Positions 46,210 to 57,121 of a DNA stretch of 64,000 nucleotides are shown piece by piece; positions within the stretch are counted from its first letter, which is position 1, and each line of letters begins with the position of its first letter. A program made the translations under genes and the position numbers. Source of the stretch: Chloroflexota bacterium. Its GTDB lineage: Bacteria; Chloroflexota; Anaerolineae; Anaerolineales; VGOW01. The notes beneath the pieces are model-generated. The model made no database searches and was not told the origin of the DNA. It saw nothing but the letters and a program-made list of their open reading frames with translations. The DNA lies in contig VGOW01000013.1 of NCBI GenBank assembly GCA_016875735.1, forward strand, positions 3,564 to 67,563, written 5' to 3'.

Positions 46210-47490
46210 ATGTCACAAACAAAAAGCACCATCACTTGCGATCTCGAAGGCCGCATCGAGACGTACAATCAAGGCGCGGAAGAAATTTTCGGCTACCGGC
46301 CCGAGGAGGTCATCGGCAAGAAGCGCGTGTCGCTTTTTTCGCCGGGGCTGATCGTGCTGGGGCACGTCGGCGCGTGGCTGAAGACGGCGCGCGAGCAGGG
46401 CGAGTACGAAGGCCGCACAGTGTTTGTGGGCAAAGATGGCAAACCCTTCGCCGCTGAGATTCGAATCACGCCGACGTTCAGAGACGGGCAGCAGATCGGT
46501 TATTGCGGGGTGACGACGCCGCTGGATGCGCCAGCGGAAAGCGTGATGCCGGAAAGCAGCTTCATGACCCAAGTGTTTGCGTGGCTGGTGATCATGCGCC
46601 TGCCGTTCCTCACGGCGACTTTGGTGCCGGTGCTCATCGGCGCGGCGTGGGTGGCGGCCAAAGGACTCGCGTCGCCGTTCCCGTGGCTGCTGTTCGCGCT
46701 CACGATGGTGGGCGCGTGCGCTCTGCACGTTGCGGCCAACACATTCAACGATTACTTCGATTGGACGAGCGGCACAGACAAAGTGAACAACGCTTACTTC
46801 CAGCCCTATTCGGGCGGCAGCCGCTCAATGGAACTGGGCTTGATTTCCGAGCGAGGGATGCTGACCGTGGGGCTGGTGTCGCTGGCGATTGCCAGCGCGA
46901 TGGGGCTGGTGGTGATGTCCCTCATCCGCCAACCGGCGCTCGTGCTGTTCGGCGCGGCGGGCGCGTTCTCGGCCTTCTTTTACACTGCGCCTCCTCTGCG
47001 ATTGGCCGCGCGCAAAGGTTTGGGTGAGTTGTTCATCGGGCTGAACTTTGGGCCGTTGATCACGGCAGGCACGGTGATGGCGCTGACGGGGCGCGTGGCG
47101 TGGCAGGATTTTGTGATCGGCCTGCCGGTGGGACTCCTCACTACCGCCATTCTGTGGATCAACCAATTCCCCGATGAGGACTCGGATCGGGTGAGCGGCA
47201 AGCATAATTTGGTGGTGGTGCTGGGCAAAGAACGGGCGCGGTGGGGGTATGTGGCGCTGATGGCCGCCGCCTTCGGAATCGGCGCGGCGGGCGCGGTGAT
47301 GGGCGTGTTCCCGTTGGGAGCGCTGGCAATTTTGGGCGGCCTGCCTTTGGCCGTCTCGGCTTCGCGCACCCTCTTCCGCCATTACGCCGATCGCGAATTG
47401 GTGTCGGCCAACGCCGCGACGATCAATCTGCAGCTTGTCGCCGGAATGCTGATGGCGGCGGGGATTCTTGCGAGCAAGTGGGCGGGGTAA
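46210..47490 (+). CDS. PAS domain fused to a UbiA-superfamily (MenA-like) prenyltransferase
   Basis: ATG after 'aaggaggagagtc'. Residues 1-105 are PAS-like ('ITCDLEGRIETYNQGAEEIFGYRPEEVIGK'). These are followed by 8-9 TM segments with 'NTFNDYFDWTSGTD'. Confidence 0.75.
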   Translation: MSQTKSTITCDLEGRIETYNQGAEEIFGYRPEEVIGKKRVSLFSPGLIVLGHVGAWLKTAREQGEYEGRTVFVGKDGKPFAAEIRITPTFRDGQQIGYCGVTTPLDAPAESVMPESSFMTQVFAWLVIMRLPFLTATLVPVLIGAAWVAAKGLASPFPWLLFALTMVGACALHVAANTFNDYFDWTSGTDKVNNAYFQPYSGGSRSMELGLISERGMLTVGLVSLAIASAMGLVVMSLIRQPALVLFGAAGAFSAFFYTAPPLRLAARKGLGELFIGLNFGPLITAGTVMALTGRVAWQDFVIGLPVGLLTTAILWINQFPDEDSDRVSGKHNLVVVLGKERARWGYVALMAAAFGIGAAGAVMGVFPLGALAILGGLPLAVSASRTLFRHYADRELVSANAATINLQLVAGMLMAAGILASKWAG

Positions 47491-47520
47491 AGATTCGGCT
47501 CGCTGATGGGGAAAATCAAC

Positions 47521-47555
47521 CGCGCCGACTCAACCGAGTCGGCGAGATCGTTTTG
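47521..47555 (+). terminator. Possible intrinsic terminator after the PAS-prenyltransferase gene
   Basis: 'cgccgactc aacc gagtcggcg', followed after 7 nt by 'gtttt'. Confidence 0.35.
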
Positions 47556-47564
47556 CCGATTGAC

Positions 47565-48308
47565 TCACCGTGCCGCAGTGAAATCGGCGAACGTTTTGCC
47601 TTGGAGAAAATCGGGAAAAGTGTAAATGCCGTTGAGTTGCAGAAAACATCTGCCGGGAAATTTGGCCCAGCCGCGAGAGAGGCCGATGCGCAGATAAACG
47701 TCTTTGCGCTTGAGCAGTTTGGTCAGGTCGGCGGCAATTTGTGGCGGGGTGCGCTCCTCGGTGCGTTGCGAAGAACAGAAATAGTTCCATGTAAGGTCGG
47801 TGATTTTCAGCCGATAGTATTGGTCTTCGCTGTCGAAGAACCCGAGTCGATAGTTCCATGCATTGTCTTCGCCCTGCTCGTAGAATACTTGACGGATCGC
47901 TTTGGGCCGAATGGCGCCAACCGAGCGCGGACCCTCGCCGTCGTTGACGTAGAAGCCGGGGTTGCGCTGAATGGGCTGCTCGAAGATTTCGGCCACGCTG
48001 CCGAAGCATGATCTGTCGAGTAGACGGCGTTTCTGTTCATCATTGAGCGCGCGCACGAACCGAACCGACGCGGGATCGTAAACATGATCCTCCGAATGCG
48101 GCGGTTTGGGGGTGTGCCGAATCAACTCAAACTCAACAGCCGCGAATGGAAAAATGATCGCTTTGCCGCCCGCTTTCAGCGCGCGCTCGGGGATGCCGGG
48201 CGGAGGCAGAACCGGGCGGATGCAATTCCCTTCGCCGTCGTATCCGGCGATGCACACTGCGCCGCGCTGCATCCGAGTCAGATCGGTGATGGCCAGCAGT
48301 TTCTTCAT
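47565..48308 (-). CDS. Hypothetical protein, third gene of the DUF488 operon
   Basis: 247 aa from 'MKKLLAITDLTRMQRGAVCIAGYDGEGNCIRPVLPP'. ATGA overlap with the upstream DUF488 stop. I could not place it in any family. Confidence 0.6.
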   Translation of the reverse strand: MKKLLAITDLTRMQRGAVCIAGYDGEGNCIRPVLPPPGIPERALKAGGKAIIFPFAAVEFELIRHTPKPPHSEDHVYDPASVRFVRALNDEQKRRLLDRSCFGSVAEIFEQPIQRNPGFYVNDGEGPRSVGAIRPKAIRQVFYEQGEDNAWNYRLGFFDSEDQYYRLKITDLTWNYFCSSQRTEERTPPQIAADLTKLLKRKDVYLRIGLSRGWAKFPGRCFLQLNGIYTFPDFLQGKTFADFTAAR

Positions 48309-48745
48309 AGATGAAAGATTTCCACATTCGGCCAATGAGTTGCAATACGCTCGGCGACCAGTCGGCGGTGGCACTGTTCGGGCGTGGCTTCACTGCACAG
48401 CAGGCACGACGGCATCGATTCGAAGCGGGAGCGATCCAGCGAGTCGGGCATGCCGCGCTCATCCATCAACTGCTCAAACCGCATCACGTAACGCGGCCAG
48501 TCGCCGTCGGCGCGATAATCTTTGAGAATCTCTTTTGTTGGGGCGAGGAGGGGGAGATGGATATACTCGCAACGGTCAGCCAACTCCCGAAGCAAGTAGG
48601 GCAGATCATCCTGCTTGGCAAAACCGGAGAGCTGTCCGCCAGGATTGACGCGAATATCCACCAACCGCCGGACGCCATTCCGGTGCAACAACGTAAAGAA
48701 TGACTCGGCTGTTTTCTGAGTGAAACCTATCGTGTAGAGTTTCAT
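48305..48745 (-). CDS. DUF488 family protein
   Basis: 146 aa. 'MKLYTIGFT', 'LVDIRVNP', 'CSEATPEQCHRRLVAERI'. Confidence 0.8.
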   Translation of the reverse strand: MKLYTIGFTQKTAESFFTLLHRNGVRRLVDIRVNPGGQLSGFAKQDDLPYLLRELADRCEYIHLPLLAPTKEILKDYRADGDWPRYVMRFEQLMDERGMPDSLDRSRFESMPSCLLCSEATPEQCHRRLVAERIATHWPNVEIFHL

Positions 48746-48754
48746 CGCGCCCCG

Positions 48755-49300
48755 CTAAAACAACGATGGCTGTTCTGCCTCTTCCTGTCTGTCCACCGAA
48801 TCGAGAATAGATGCCGATCCAATGACATTGCCGTCGCCTCGGATGTGCCGAACATTCACGTCGGGGTGCTCCCGCATAATGTGCTTGGCAATGAGGTGAT
48901 GTCGGTGGCATTGAGCCGGGTTCTCCTCACTGCACATGATCGCCGTCGTCTGCTCGTCCGCCATTTCAATCAAGCGCTGAACACCCTTGATAAACCATTC
49001 GCGCTTCATCACTTCGGAGTAATCCACCTCATGGAGGTAATCTGCGCCTTCAGGGGGCAGCGCCCGGCTCTTGTAACAGCTGGGGTCGGGGGGACGCCCG
49101 CCGAGAAACTTTCCGGCGAACGCGTATTGAATGCCGCGCTGGGACAATGCTTGCTCAACATTCTCTTTATTGAACTGCGGATTGTGGCGGCTGAAGGGCG
49201 CGGTGCGCACGTCCACCAATGTCATCACGCCGTTGTCCTCAAGCAGGCGTATGAACTTCTCGATTGAGTGATTGCTATGGCCAATGGTGAGAAGTTTCAT
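48755..49300 (-). CDS. DUF488 family protein
   Basis: Start at 'MKLLTIGHSNHS' (49300). 'LVDVRTAPFSRHNPQF', 'CSEENPAQCHRHHLIAKHI'. Confidence 0.8.
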   Translation of the reverse strand: MKLLTIGHSNHSIEKFIRLLEDNGVMTLVDVRTAPFSRHNPQFNKENVEQALSQRGIQYAFAGKFLGGRPPDPSCYKSRALPPEGADYLHEVDYSEVMKREWFIKGVQRLIEMADEQTTAIMCSEENPAQCHRHHLIAKHIMREHPDVNVRHIRGDGNVIGSASILDSVDRQEEAEQPSLF

Positions 49301-49312
49301 GCGGGCATTGTA
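49301..49312 (-). promoter_or_regulatory. TACAAT-N6-ATG: candidate leaderless promoter of the DUF488 operon
   Basis: Minus strand reads 'ttggat tacaat gcccgc ATG'. Confidence 0.35.
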
Positions 49313-49342
49313 ATCCAACAAGACCGAAACACACAACGCCAA

Positions 49343-49376
49343 AGACCGACGCGATCTTTGAAAACCGCGCCGGTCT
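49343..49376 (-). terminator. Possible terminator hairpin downstream of acnA
   Basis: 'agaccgacgcg atctttgaaaac cgcgccggtct'. Eleven-bp stem with one mismatch and a weak U-tract. Confidence 0.35.
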
Positions 49377-49388
49377 CTCTTTGCGCCC

Positions 49389-52142
<2,754 letters not shown>

Positions 52143-52222
52143 GGGGATTATCCTTTCGAGCCACACAGGGGCCCTTGAGATATGAGTGGCGAGATTATAG
52201 CACTCATCGGAGATCGCTTGGC

Positions 52223-52606
52223 GTGACGAAATTCATTCTCATCGGCGTCGGCGGATTTGTCGGCGCATTGCTTCGCTATTACGTCAGCGGCTGGATTCAG
52301 CAAATGGCGAAGGATGTCGGTTTCCTGTGGGGCACGTTGATCGTCAACCTCAGCGGGTGCCTCGCCATCGGCCTCTTCTCGTATTTGGCCGACGCGCGCG
52401 GCGTGTTCACCGCCGAGTCTCGCGCCTTTGTTTTCATCGGCGTCATGGGCGCATACACAACCTTCTCGACTTTCGGCAACGAGACGATGGCGCTGTTCCG
52501 CGACGGCGAAAACGGGTTGGCGCTGGCGAATGCGGGCGCGCATGTGCTGTTGGGGTTGGGCGCGGTGTGGGCCGGGCGCGCGTTGGCAAATCTGATCTGG
52601 AGTTGA
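52223..52606 (+). CDS. crcB: Fluoride channel CrcB
   Basis: GTG at 52223. '[12 protein letters not shown]', 'GAYTTFSTF'. Confidence 0.85.
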   Translation: MTKFILIGVGGFVGALLRYYVSGWIQQMAKDVGFLWGTLIVNLSGCLAIGLFSYLADARGVFTAESRAFVFIGVMGAYTTFSTFGNETMALFRDGENGLALANAGAHVLLGLGAVWAGRALANLIWS

Positions 52607-52610
52607 GGCA

Positions 52611-52949
52611 ATGGTGCTACCCGAAGAAAGTTATCTTTTGCGAATCTTCATCGGCGACAGTGACCGGCACGAAGGGCGGCCCCTGTACGAGTGGATTGTG
52701 ATGGAGGCTCGCCGGAGCGGGCTGGCCGGAGCCACCGTGTTGAGGGGCATGATGGGCTTCGGCGCGCACAGCCGCATCCACACGGCCAAGATCGAACGAC
52801 TCTCGGATGATCTGCCCGTCGTCGTCGAAATCGTGGACGCGCGCGAGAAACTAGAAGCCTTCCTCGACGGAATCGACGGCGCGATTCACGAAGGCGTGGC
52901 GACGATGGAAAAAGCGCAAGTGAAGTTCTATCGAAGCGGGAAGAAGTGA
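52611..52949 (+). CDS. DUF190 family protein (frequent crcB neighbour)
   Basis: 112 aa. 'LLRIFIGDSDRHEGRPLYEWIV..ARRSGLAGATVLRGMMGFG'. Confidence 0.8.
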   Translation: MVLPEESYLLRIFIGDSDRHEGRPLYEWIVMEARRSGLAGATVLRGMMGFGAHSRIHTAKIERLSDDLPVVVEIVDAREKLEAFLDGIDGAIHEGVATMEKAQVKFYRSGKK

Positions 52950-53447
52950 ATGACTCGCAAAATCAGCATGGCCGAGGGGTCAAAGGTTGCCGAACGCGCT
53001 TCCATCGAGATCGAGGCGTGGTTGCGCGAGTGGCCCGGCACGGTGAACGTGGAAAACGTGGAAGGCGACCCGGAGTATCAAGCCAAAGACATTGATTTGC
53101 TGTGGGCGACGGTCAGCCGTGATTACACCATCGAGATCAAAGCCGACCGCTGGCACGGCACGGGCAACTTTTTCTTCGAGACGATGAGCAACAAAGAGAA
53201 GGGCACGCCCGGCTGTTTTCTGTACACTGAAGCCGATTTTCTTTTCTACTATTTCACCGAGCCGCGCACGCTCTACATCCTGCCCATGCCTCGCGCCCGG
53301 CAGTGGTTTGAGGCGAACATCGAGCGGTTTGCCGAACGGGAGACGACCACGCCCGCTGGCAGTGAGCATTACACGACGGTGGGGCGGCTGGTGCCGATTG
53401 AGACAGTGCTGAAAGAGGTAAGAGGGGTGAAGGTGAAGCAGTTGTAA
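52950..53447 (+). CDS. Hypothetical protein with a PD-(D/E)xK-like nuclease motif
   Basis: 165 aa. 'KDIDLLW...YTIEIKADRW' fits D..(E)xK. The start abuts the DUF190 stop (TGAATG). Confidence 0.45.
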   Translation: MTRKISMAEGSKVAERASIEIEAWLREWPGTVNVENVEGDPEYQAKDIDLLWATVSRDYTIEIKADRWHGTGNFFFETMSNKEKGTPGCFLYTEADFLFYYFTEPRTLYILPMPRARQWFEANIERFAERETTTPAGSEHYTTVGRLVPIETVLKEVRGVKVKQL

Positions 53448-53626
53448 TGACGGCGGGGTGGGAAGGTCGCAAGGATGTTGTACAAAACAGTCGAAGAGCA
53501 ATTACGGTCGTCGTTGTACGCAACCCTTCTGTAACAAGATGGATGAATTGTATATTTTGTATCTTGCCAAACGGAGAACTCTCAGCTACACTGTAGCCAC
53601 ATTACCTTCAACATGAGGCCTGCCCC

Positions 53627-54604
53627 ATGAACCAGATTTACCATCACTCGTGCGAAAATATGCGCGAGGTAAAAAATGACTCTGTTGCGTTGACTGTCAC
53701 CTCGCCGCCGTACTGGAATGCGATAGATTACGATATTCATGCTTCGGACAAGAGTCAATACTACCGGACTCGGAATTATGCCAGCGGCTACTCAGAATAC
53801 TCCGAGTATCTTTCGTGGTTGGAGAAGGTTTTTGGAGAAGTCCATCGCGTCACCGTGCCGGGCGGTTTCTGCGCAATCGTCATAGGAACAGTGTTATTGG
53901 ACGGCGCACATCACCCCGTTCCATTCGACGTCACCTCTCGACTGTCCCAAAAGGGCTGGGTATTTCATCAAGACATTATTTGGCACAAATGCACGGCTGG
54001 CGTAAAGCGGGCGGGGGTCACTATCCAGAAGCCGTATCCTGGCTACTACTACCCCAACATCATGACCGAGTACATTCTGGTCTTTCGAAAGCCGGGAGCG
54101 CCCATTTACAAAGATCGTTCAGCAGAGGAGAAAGACGCGGCAGCCTATCCCATCAATCACCTATTTACGATGGACACCGCCAACAACATCTGGCATATAG
54201 CCCCGGTGCCTCCCGACGTGATTGACCACCCTTGTCCCTTCCCCGAGGAAATACCCTATCGCCTCGTTCAAATGTACTCTTACCCCGGCGATGTCGTTCT
54301 TGATCCGTTCGCGGGTTCGGGCCAAACGACTAAAGTAGCCAAACACCTTCACAGGAAATTTGTGGGGTACGAGACAATAGCAAAGTACGTGACGCTGGCA
54401 GAGAAGCGTCTCAAGGAGCCGCTCTCGATACGTCCCAAACAGTTGATCGCGACTTTCGAGAAAATCGCCTTTGACGAGCCTTCAGGAGCGGAAAGCAAAA
54501 CCGAAGGCGCAGCCCGCAAAAACGGCAAGAAGCGCAGTGCTGAAGAACCCGCGCAAGGCCGCTTATTCGAGAGAAGAGCTATTTATACGAAGACAAAATC
54601 TTGA
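53627..54604 (+). CDS. Beta-class amino DNA methyltransferase (N6_N4_Mtase family; SPPY motif suggests m4C)
   Basis: 325 aa. Motif IV 'TSPPYW' near the N-terminus and motif I 'DPFAGSGQT' near the C-terminus. Basic C-terminal tail. Confidence 0.85.
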   Translation: MNQIYHHSCENMREVKNDSVALTVTSPPYWNAIDYDIHASDKSQYYRTRNYASGYSEYSEYLSWLEKVFGEVHRVTVPGGFCAIVIGTVLLDGAHHPVPFDVTSRLSQKGWVFHQDIIWHKCTAGVKRAGVTIQKPYPGYYYPNIMTEYILVFRKPGAPIYKDRSAEEKDAAAYPINHLFTMDTANNIWHIAPVPPDVIDHPCPFPEEIPYRLVQMYSYPGDVVLDPFAGSGQTTKVAKHLHRKFVGYETIAKYVTLAEKRLKEPLSIRPKQLIATFEKIAFDEPSGAESKTEGAARKNGKKRSAEEPAQGRLFERRAIYTKTKS

Positions 54605-55217
54605 ATTCCGGGCGGCTCAGAATTTCCGATGCGATGAGCGCGCTCGCCACCTTTGTCTTTACCAAATCGCCGGACTTGTGAGGAATAGCGAGCGATATAA
54701 AGTAATGAGGCTGTTTCTTTCGCAGTGAGTTAAGCGGCCCCCATTGCAGAACGAGGGCGTCGCCGCTCGACTTGGTTGCATTGGGCAACAAATCAGGATC
54801 AGCGTAGACAATACCGATTCCCGACAATACGAACAGCGTCGCCTCGTTCCAACCCCGCTTGTCAGCACTACCCAGCGAATTAATCAATCTGATCTGTCCC
54901 TTTTTCTCCGCGAATACACCCTTCACGGAAAATCCGTCGCAGCCGGGCAGTTGAATATCAATCCGGCGGTTTACTGCTCCAGTGTTTTTTGCGGGGAACC
55001 TCAATGCCCGAAAAGCGGCGCCCAAGATGTATTCGCTCACCCCGCCGACAACAAACCTGTTTTCGTAAACAGTCGTGTTGTACTCGTCCAACAGCAGGCC
55101 AAAGGCTCGCTCGATCTCCAGCCTGACATCTGGCGTGCTATCCATCTTCTCTTTGAGTGAAAAGAAAATCTGTCTTTGCTGTTCGAAGTGGCTTTTGGGC
55201 ACAATACCGTCCTCCAT
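54579..55217 (-). CDS. Putative type II restriction endonuclease, cognate to the adjacent methyltransferase
   Basis: 212 aa from 'MEDGIVPKSHF'. The longer track form runs antisense into gatC. Possible 'IDIQL..FSVKG' nuclease core. Convergent with the methyltransferase, with a 26-bp 3' overlap. Confidence 0.45.
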   Translation of the reverse strand: MEDGIVPKSHFEQQRQIFFSLKEKMDSTPDVRLEIERAFGLLLDEYNTTVYENRFVVGGVSEYILGAAFRALRFPAKNTGAVNRRIDIQLPGCDGFSVKGVFAEKKGQIRLINSLGSADKRGWNEATLFVLSGIGIVYADPDLLPNATKSSGDALVLQWGPLNSLRKKQPHYFISLAIPHKSGDLVKTKVASALIASEILSRPEFKILSSYK

Positions 55218-55252
55218 GCTTGCGTCGCGAGTTCCCGCTATCGGTTGTAGAT

Positions 55253-55258
55253 TATAAT
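55253..55258 (+). promoter_or_regulatory. TATAAT-N7-GTG: candidate leaderless promoter of gatC
   Basis: 'gattataat tccattc GTG' with GTG at 55266. Confidence 0.4.
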
Positions 55259-55265
55259 TCCATTC

Positions 55266-55553
55266 GTGCCCCTCACCCTCGCCGAAGTCCAACATATTGC
55301 CGAGCTGGCGCGGCTCGAACTTGCCGAAGAAGAACTGACTCATTTCCGCGAGCAATTGTCGTCGGTGCTCGATTACGCGGCGCAGCTGCGCGCGGTGGAC
55401 ACCTCGGCTATTCCGCCCACGGCCACCGTCCTGCCGCTTCGCACCGTTCTGCGCGAAGATGCGGCCCAGCCCTCACTGCCGCGCGAGGCGCTGTTGGCGA
55501 ACGCCGCCGAATCGGAAGCGGGGTGCTTCAAAGTGCCTCCAGTGCTGGATTGA
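55266..55553 (+). CDS. gatC: Glu/Asp-tRNA amidotransferase subunit C
   Basis: 95 aa. 'VQHIAELARLELAEEEL..F..QL..VLDY'. Confidence 0.9.
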   Translation: MPLTLAEVQHIAELARLELAEEELTHFREQLSSVLDYAAQLRAVDTSAIPPTATVLPLRTVLREDAAQPSLPREALLANAAESEAGCFKVPPVLD

Positions 55554-55560
55554 AAATCTG

Positions 55561-55606
55561 CTGACCACCGATCACCGATCACTGACTACTGACCACTGGC
55601 TACTCT
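55561..55606. repeat. Tandem heptamer words ('ctgacca/ccgatca') between gatC and gatA
   Basis: 'ctgacca ccgatca ccgatca ctgacta ctgacca ctggcta'. Confidence 0.8.
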
Positions 55607-57070
55607 TTGGAACTCCACACCCTCACCCTCACCGAAGCCGCCGCGAAATTGCACAGCGGCGAAGTCACCAGCGTGGCGCTCACCGAAGCCATGCTCCAAC
55701 GCATCGAAGCGCATAACCCGGCGCTCAACGCTTTCCTCAGCGTGACCGCCGACGCCGCGCTCGAATCGGCGAGGCAGGCCGATGCGCGGATCCGATCAGG
55801 GGCGGCGTCACCGTTGACGGGTGTGCCCATCGCCCTCAAAGATGTCATCTGCGTGAAAGGCCTGCCCACCACCGCCGGGTCGCTCATCCTCAAAGGCTAC
55901 CGCCCGCCATACAACGCCGCCGTCGTCGAAAAACTTTCGTCGGCGGGCGCAGTGATTCTCGGCAAGACAAACCTCGATGAATTTGCGATGGGCTCATCCA
56001 CCGAGAACTCGGCCTACGGCCCGACCCGCAATCCGTGGGACATGAGCCGGGTGCCCGGCGGATCGTCGGGCGGGAGCGCGGCGGCGGTGGCGGCGCGTTT
56101 GGCGTTCGGCGCATTGGGCACCGACACCGGCGGCAGTGTTCGGCAGCCAGCGGCGCTGTGCGGAGTCGTCGGCCTCAAACCCTCGTATGGCCGCGTGTCG
56201 CGTTATGGATTGATCGCCTTCGGATCATCGCTCGATCAGATCGGAGTCTTCGGGCGCACGGCTGAAGATGCGGCGGTGCTGATCGAAACGATTGCCGGAC
56301 ACGATCCGCGCGACGGCACGAGCATGCCGACTCCGGTTCCGAACTATCGCGCCGTATTGAGCCGCCCTCTGCATGGACTCCGAGTCGGCTTGCCCAAAGA
56401 ATACTTTGTGAGCGGTGTGCAGGCCGACGTGAGCGCGGGGGTGAACGCGGCGGTGAAGGTGTTGGAGAGTCTCGGCGCGACGGCGCGCGAAGTGACTCTG
56501 CCGCACACCGATCTCGCGCTCTCGACATACTACATCATTGCGCCCGCCGAGGCCTCGGCCAACTTGGCGCGGTTCGACGGGGTGCGGTTCGGCCCACGCG
56601 CCGAAGCCGACTCGATGTGGGATGAATATCGGCGCACTCGCGGCGCGGGCTTCGGCCCGGAAGTGAAACGGCGGATCATGCTCGGCGCGTATGCGCTCTC
56701 CACTGGCTACTACGATGCGTACTACTTGCAAGCGCAAAAGGTGCGCACGCTGATCAAAGCCGACTTCGATGCGGCGTTCAACGATGTGGATGTGATCGCC
56801 TGCCCCACTTCGCCGACGACCGCTTTCAAGATTGGCGAGAAGGTGGATGACCCGCTGGCGATGTATTTGGCCGACGTGTTCACCCTGCCCGGAAGTTTGG
56901 CGGGCATCGCCGGTCTCTCGGTCAATTGCGGCTTCGACGGCGATGGCCTGCCCATTGGCCTGCAACTGCTCGGCCCGGCCTTCACCGAAGAGCGATTACT
57001 GCGCGTAGCGCATCAATATCAGCAGGCCACCGAGTGGCATAAGAGACAGCCGCCAGCCTTTAGCCATTAG
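55607..57070 (+). CDS. gatA: Glu/Asp-tRNA amidotransferase subunit A
   Basis: 487 aa (TTG start). Amidase signature 'GGSSGGSAAAVA'. Confidence 0.93.
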   Translation: MELHTLTLTEAAAKLHSGEVTSVALTEAMLQRIEAHNPALNAFLSVTADAALESARQADARIRSGAASPLTGVPIALKDVICVKGLPTTAGSLILKGYRPPYNAAVVEKLSSAGAVILGKTNLDEFAMGSSTENSAYGPTRNPWDMSRVPGGSSGGSAAAVAARLAFGALGTDTGGSVRQPAALCGVVGLKPSYGRVSRYGLIAFGSSLDQIGVFGRTAEDAAVLIETIAGHDPRDGTSMPTPVPNYRAVLSRPLHGLRVGLPKEYFVSGVQADVSAGVNAAVKVLESLGATAREVTLPHTDLALSTYYIIAPAEASANLARFDGVRFGPRAEADSMWDEYRRTRGAGFGPEVKRRIMLGAYALSTGYYDAYYLQAQKVRTLIKADFDAAFNDVDVIACPTSPTTAFKIGEKVDDPLAMYLADVFTLPGSLAGIAGLSVNCGFDGDGLPIGLQLLGPAFTEERLLRVAHQYQQATEWHKRQPPAFSH

Positions 57071-57114
57071 CCCGACACACAGACTCCGCTAATCGCTAAT
57101 CGCTTATCGTTAGG
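57058..57114. repeat. Heptamer-word hairpin ('gctaatc') overlapping the gatA stop
   Basis: 'ctttagccattagcc ... gctaatcgctaatcgcttatcgttagg'. Confidence 0.7.
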
Positions 57115-57121
57115 AGCATTC

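Noticed and set aside
52143-52222. Fluoride riboswitch (crcB motif) expected upstream of crcB
   Set aside because: I could not find the conserved 'GATGG ... AACCGCC ... CTGATGA'-type elements in the 80-nt spacer. A covariance-model scan (Rfam RF01734) would be decisive, so absence is not proven.
54579-55355. 258-aa form of the putative restriction endonuclease
   Set aside because: The first 46 codons run antisense through the gatC start and its promoter-like TATAAT. ATG at 55217 gives a compact gene inside the AT-richer island.
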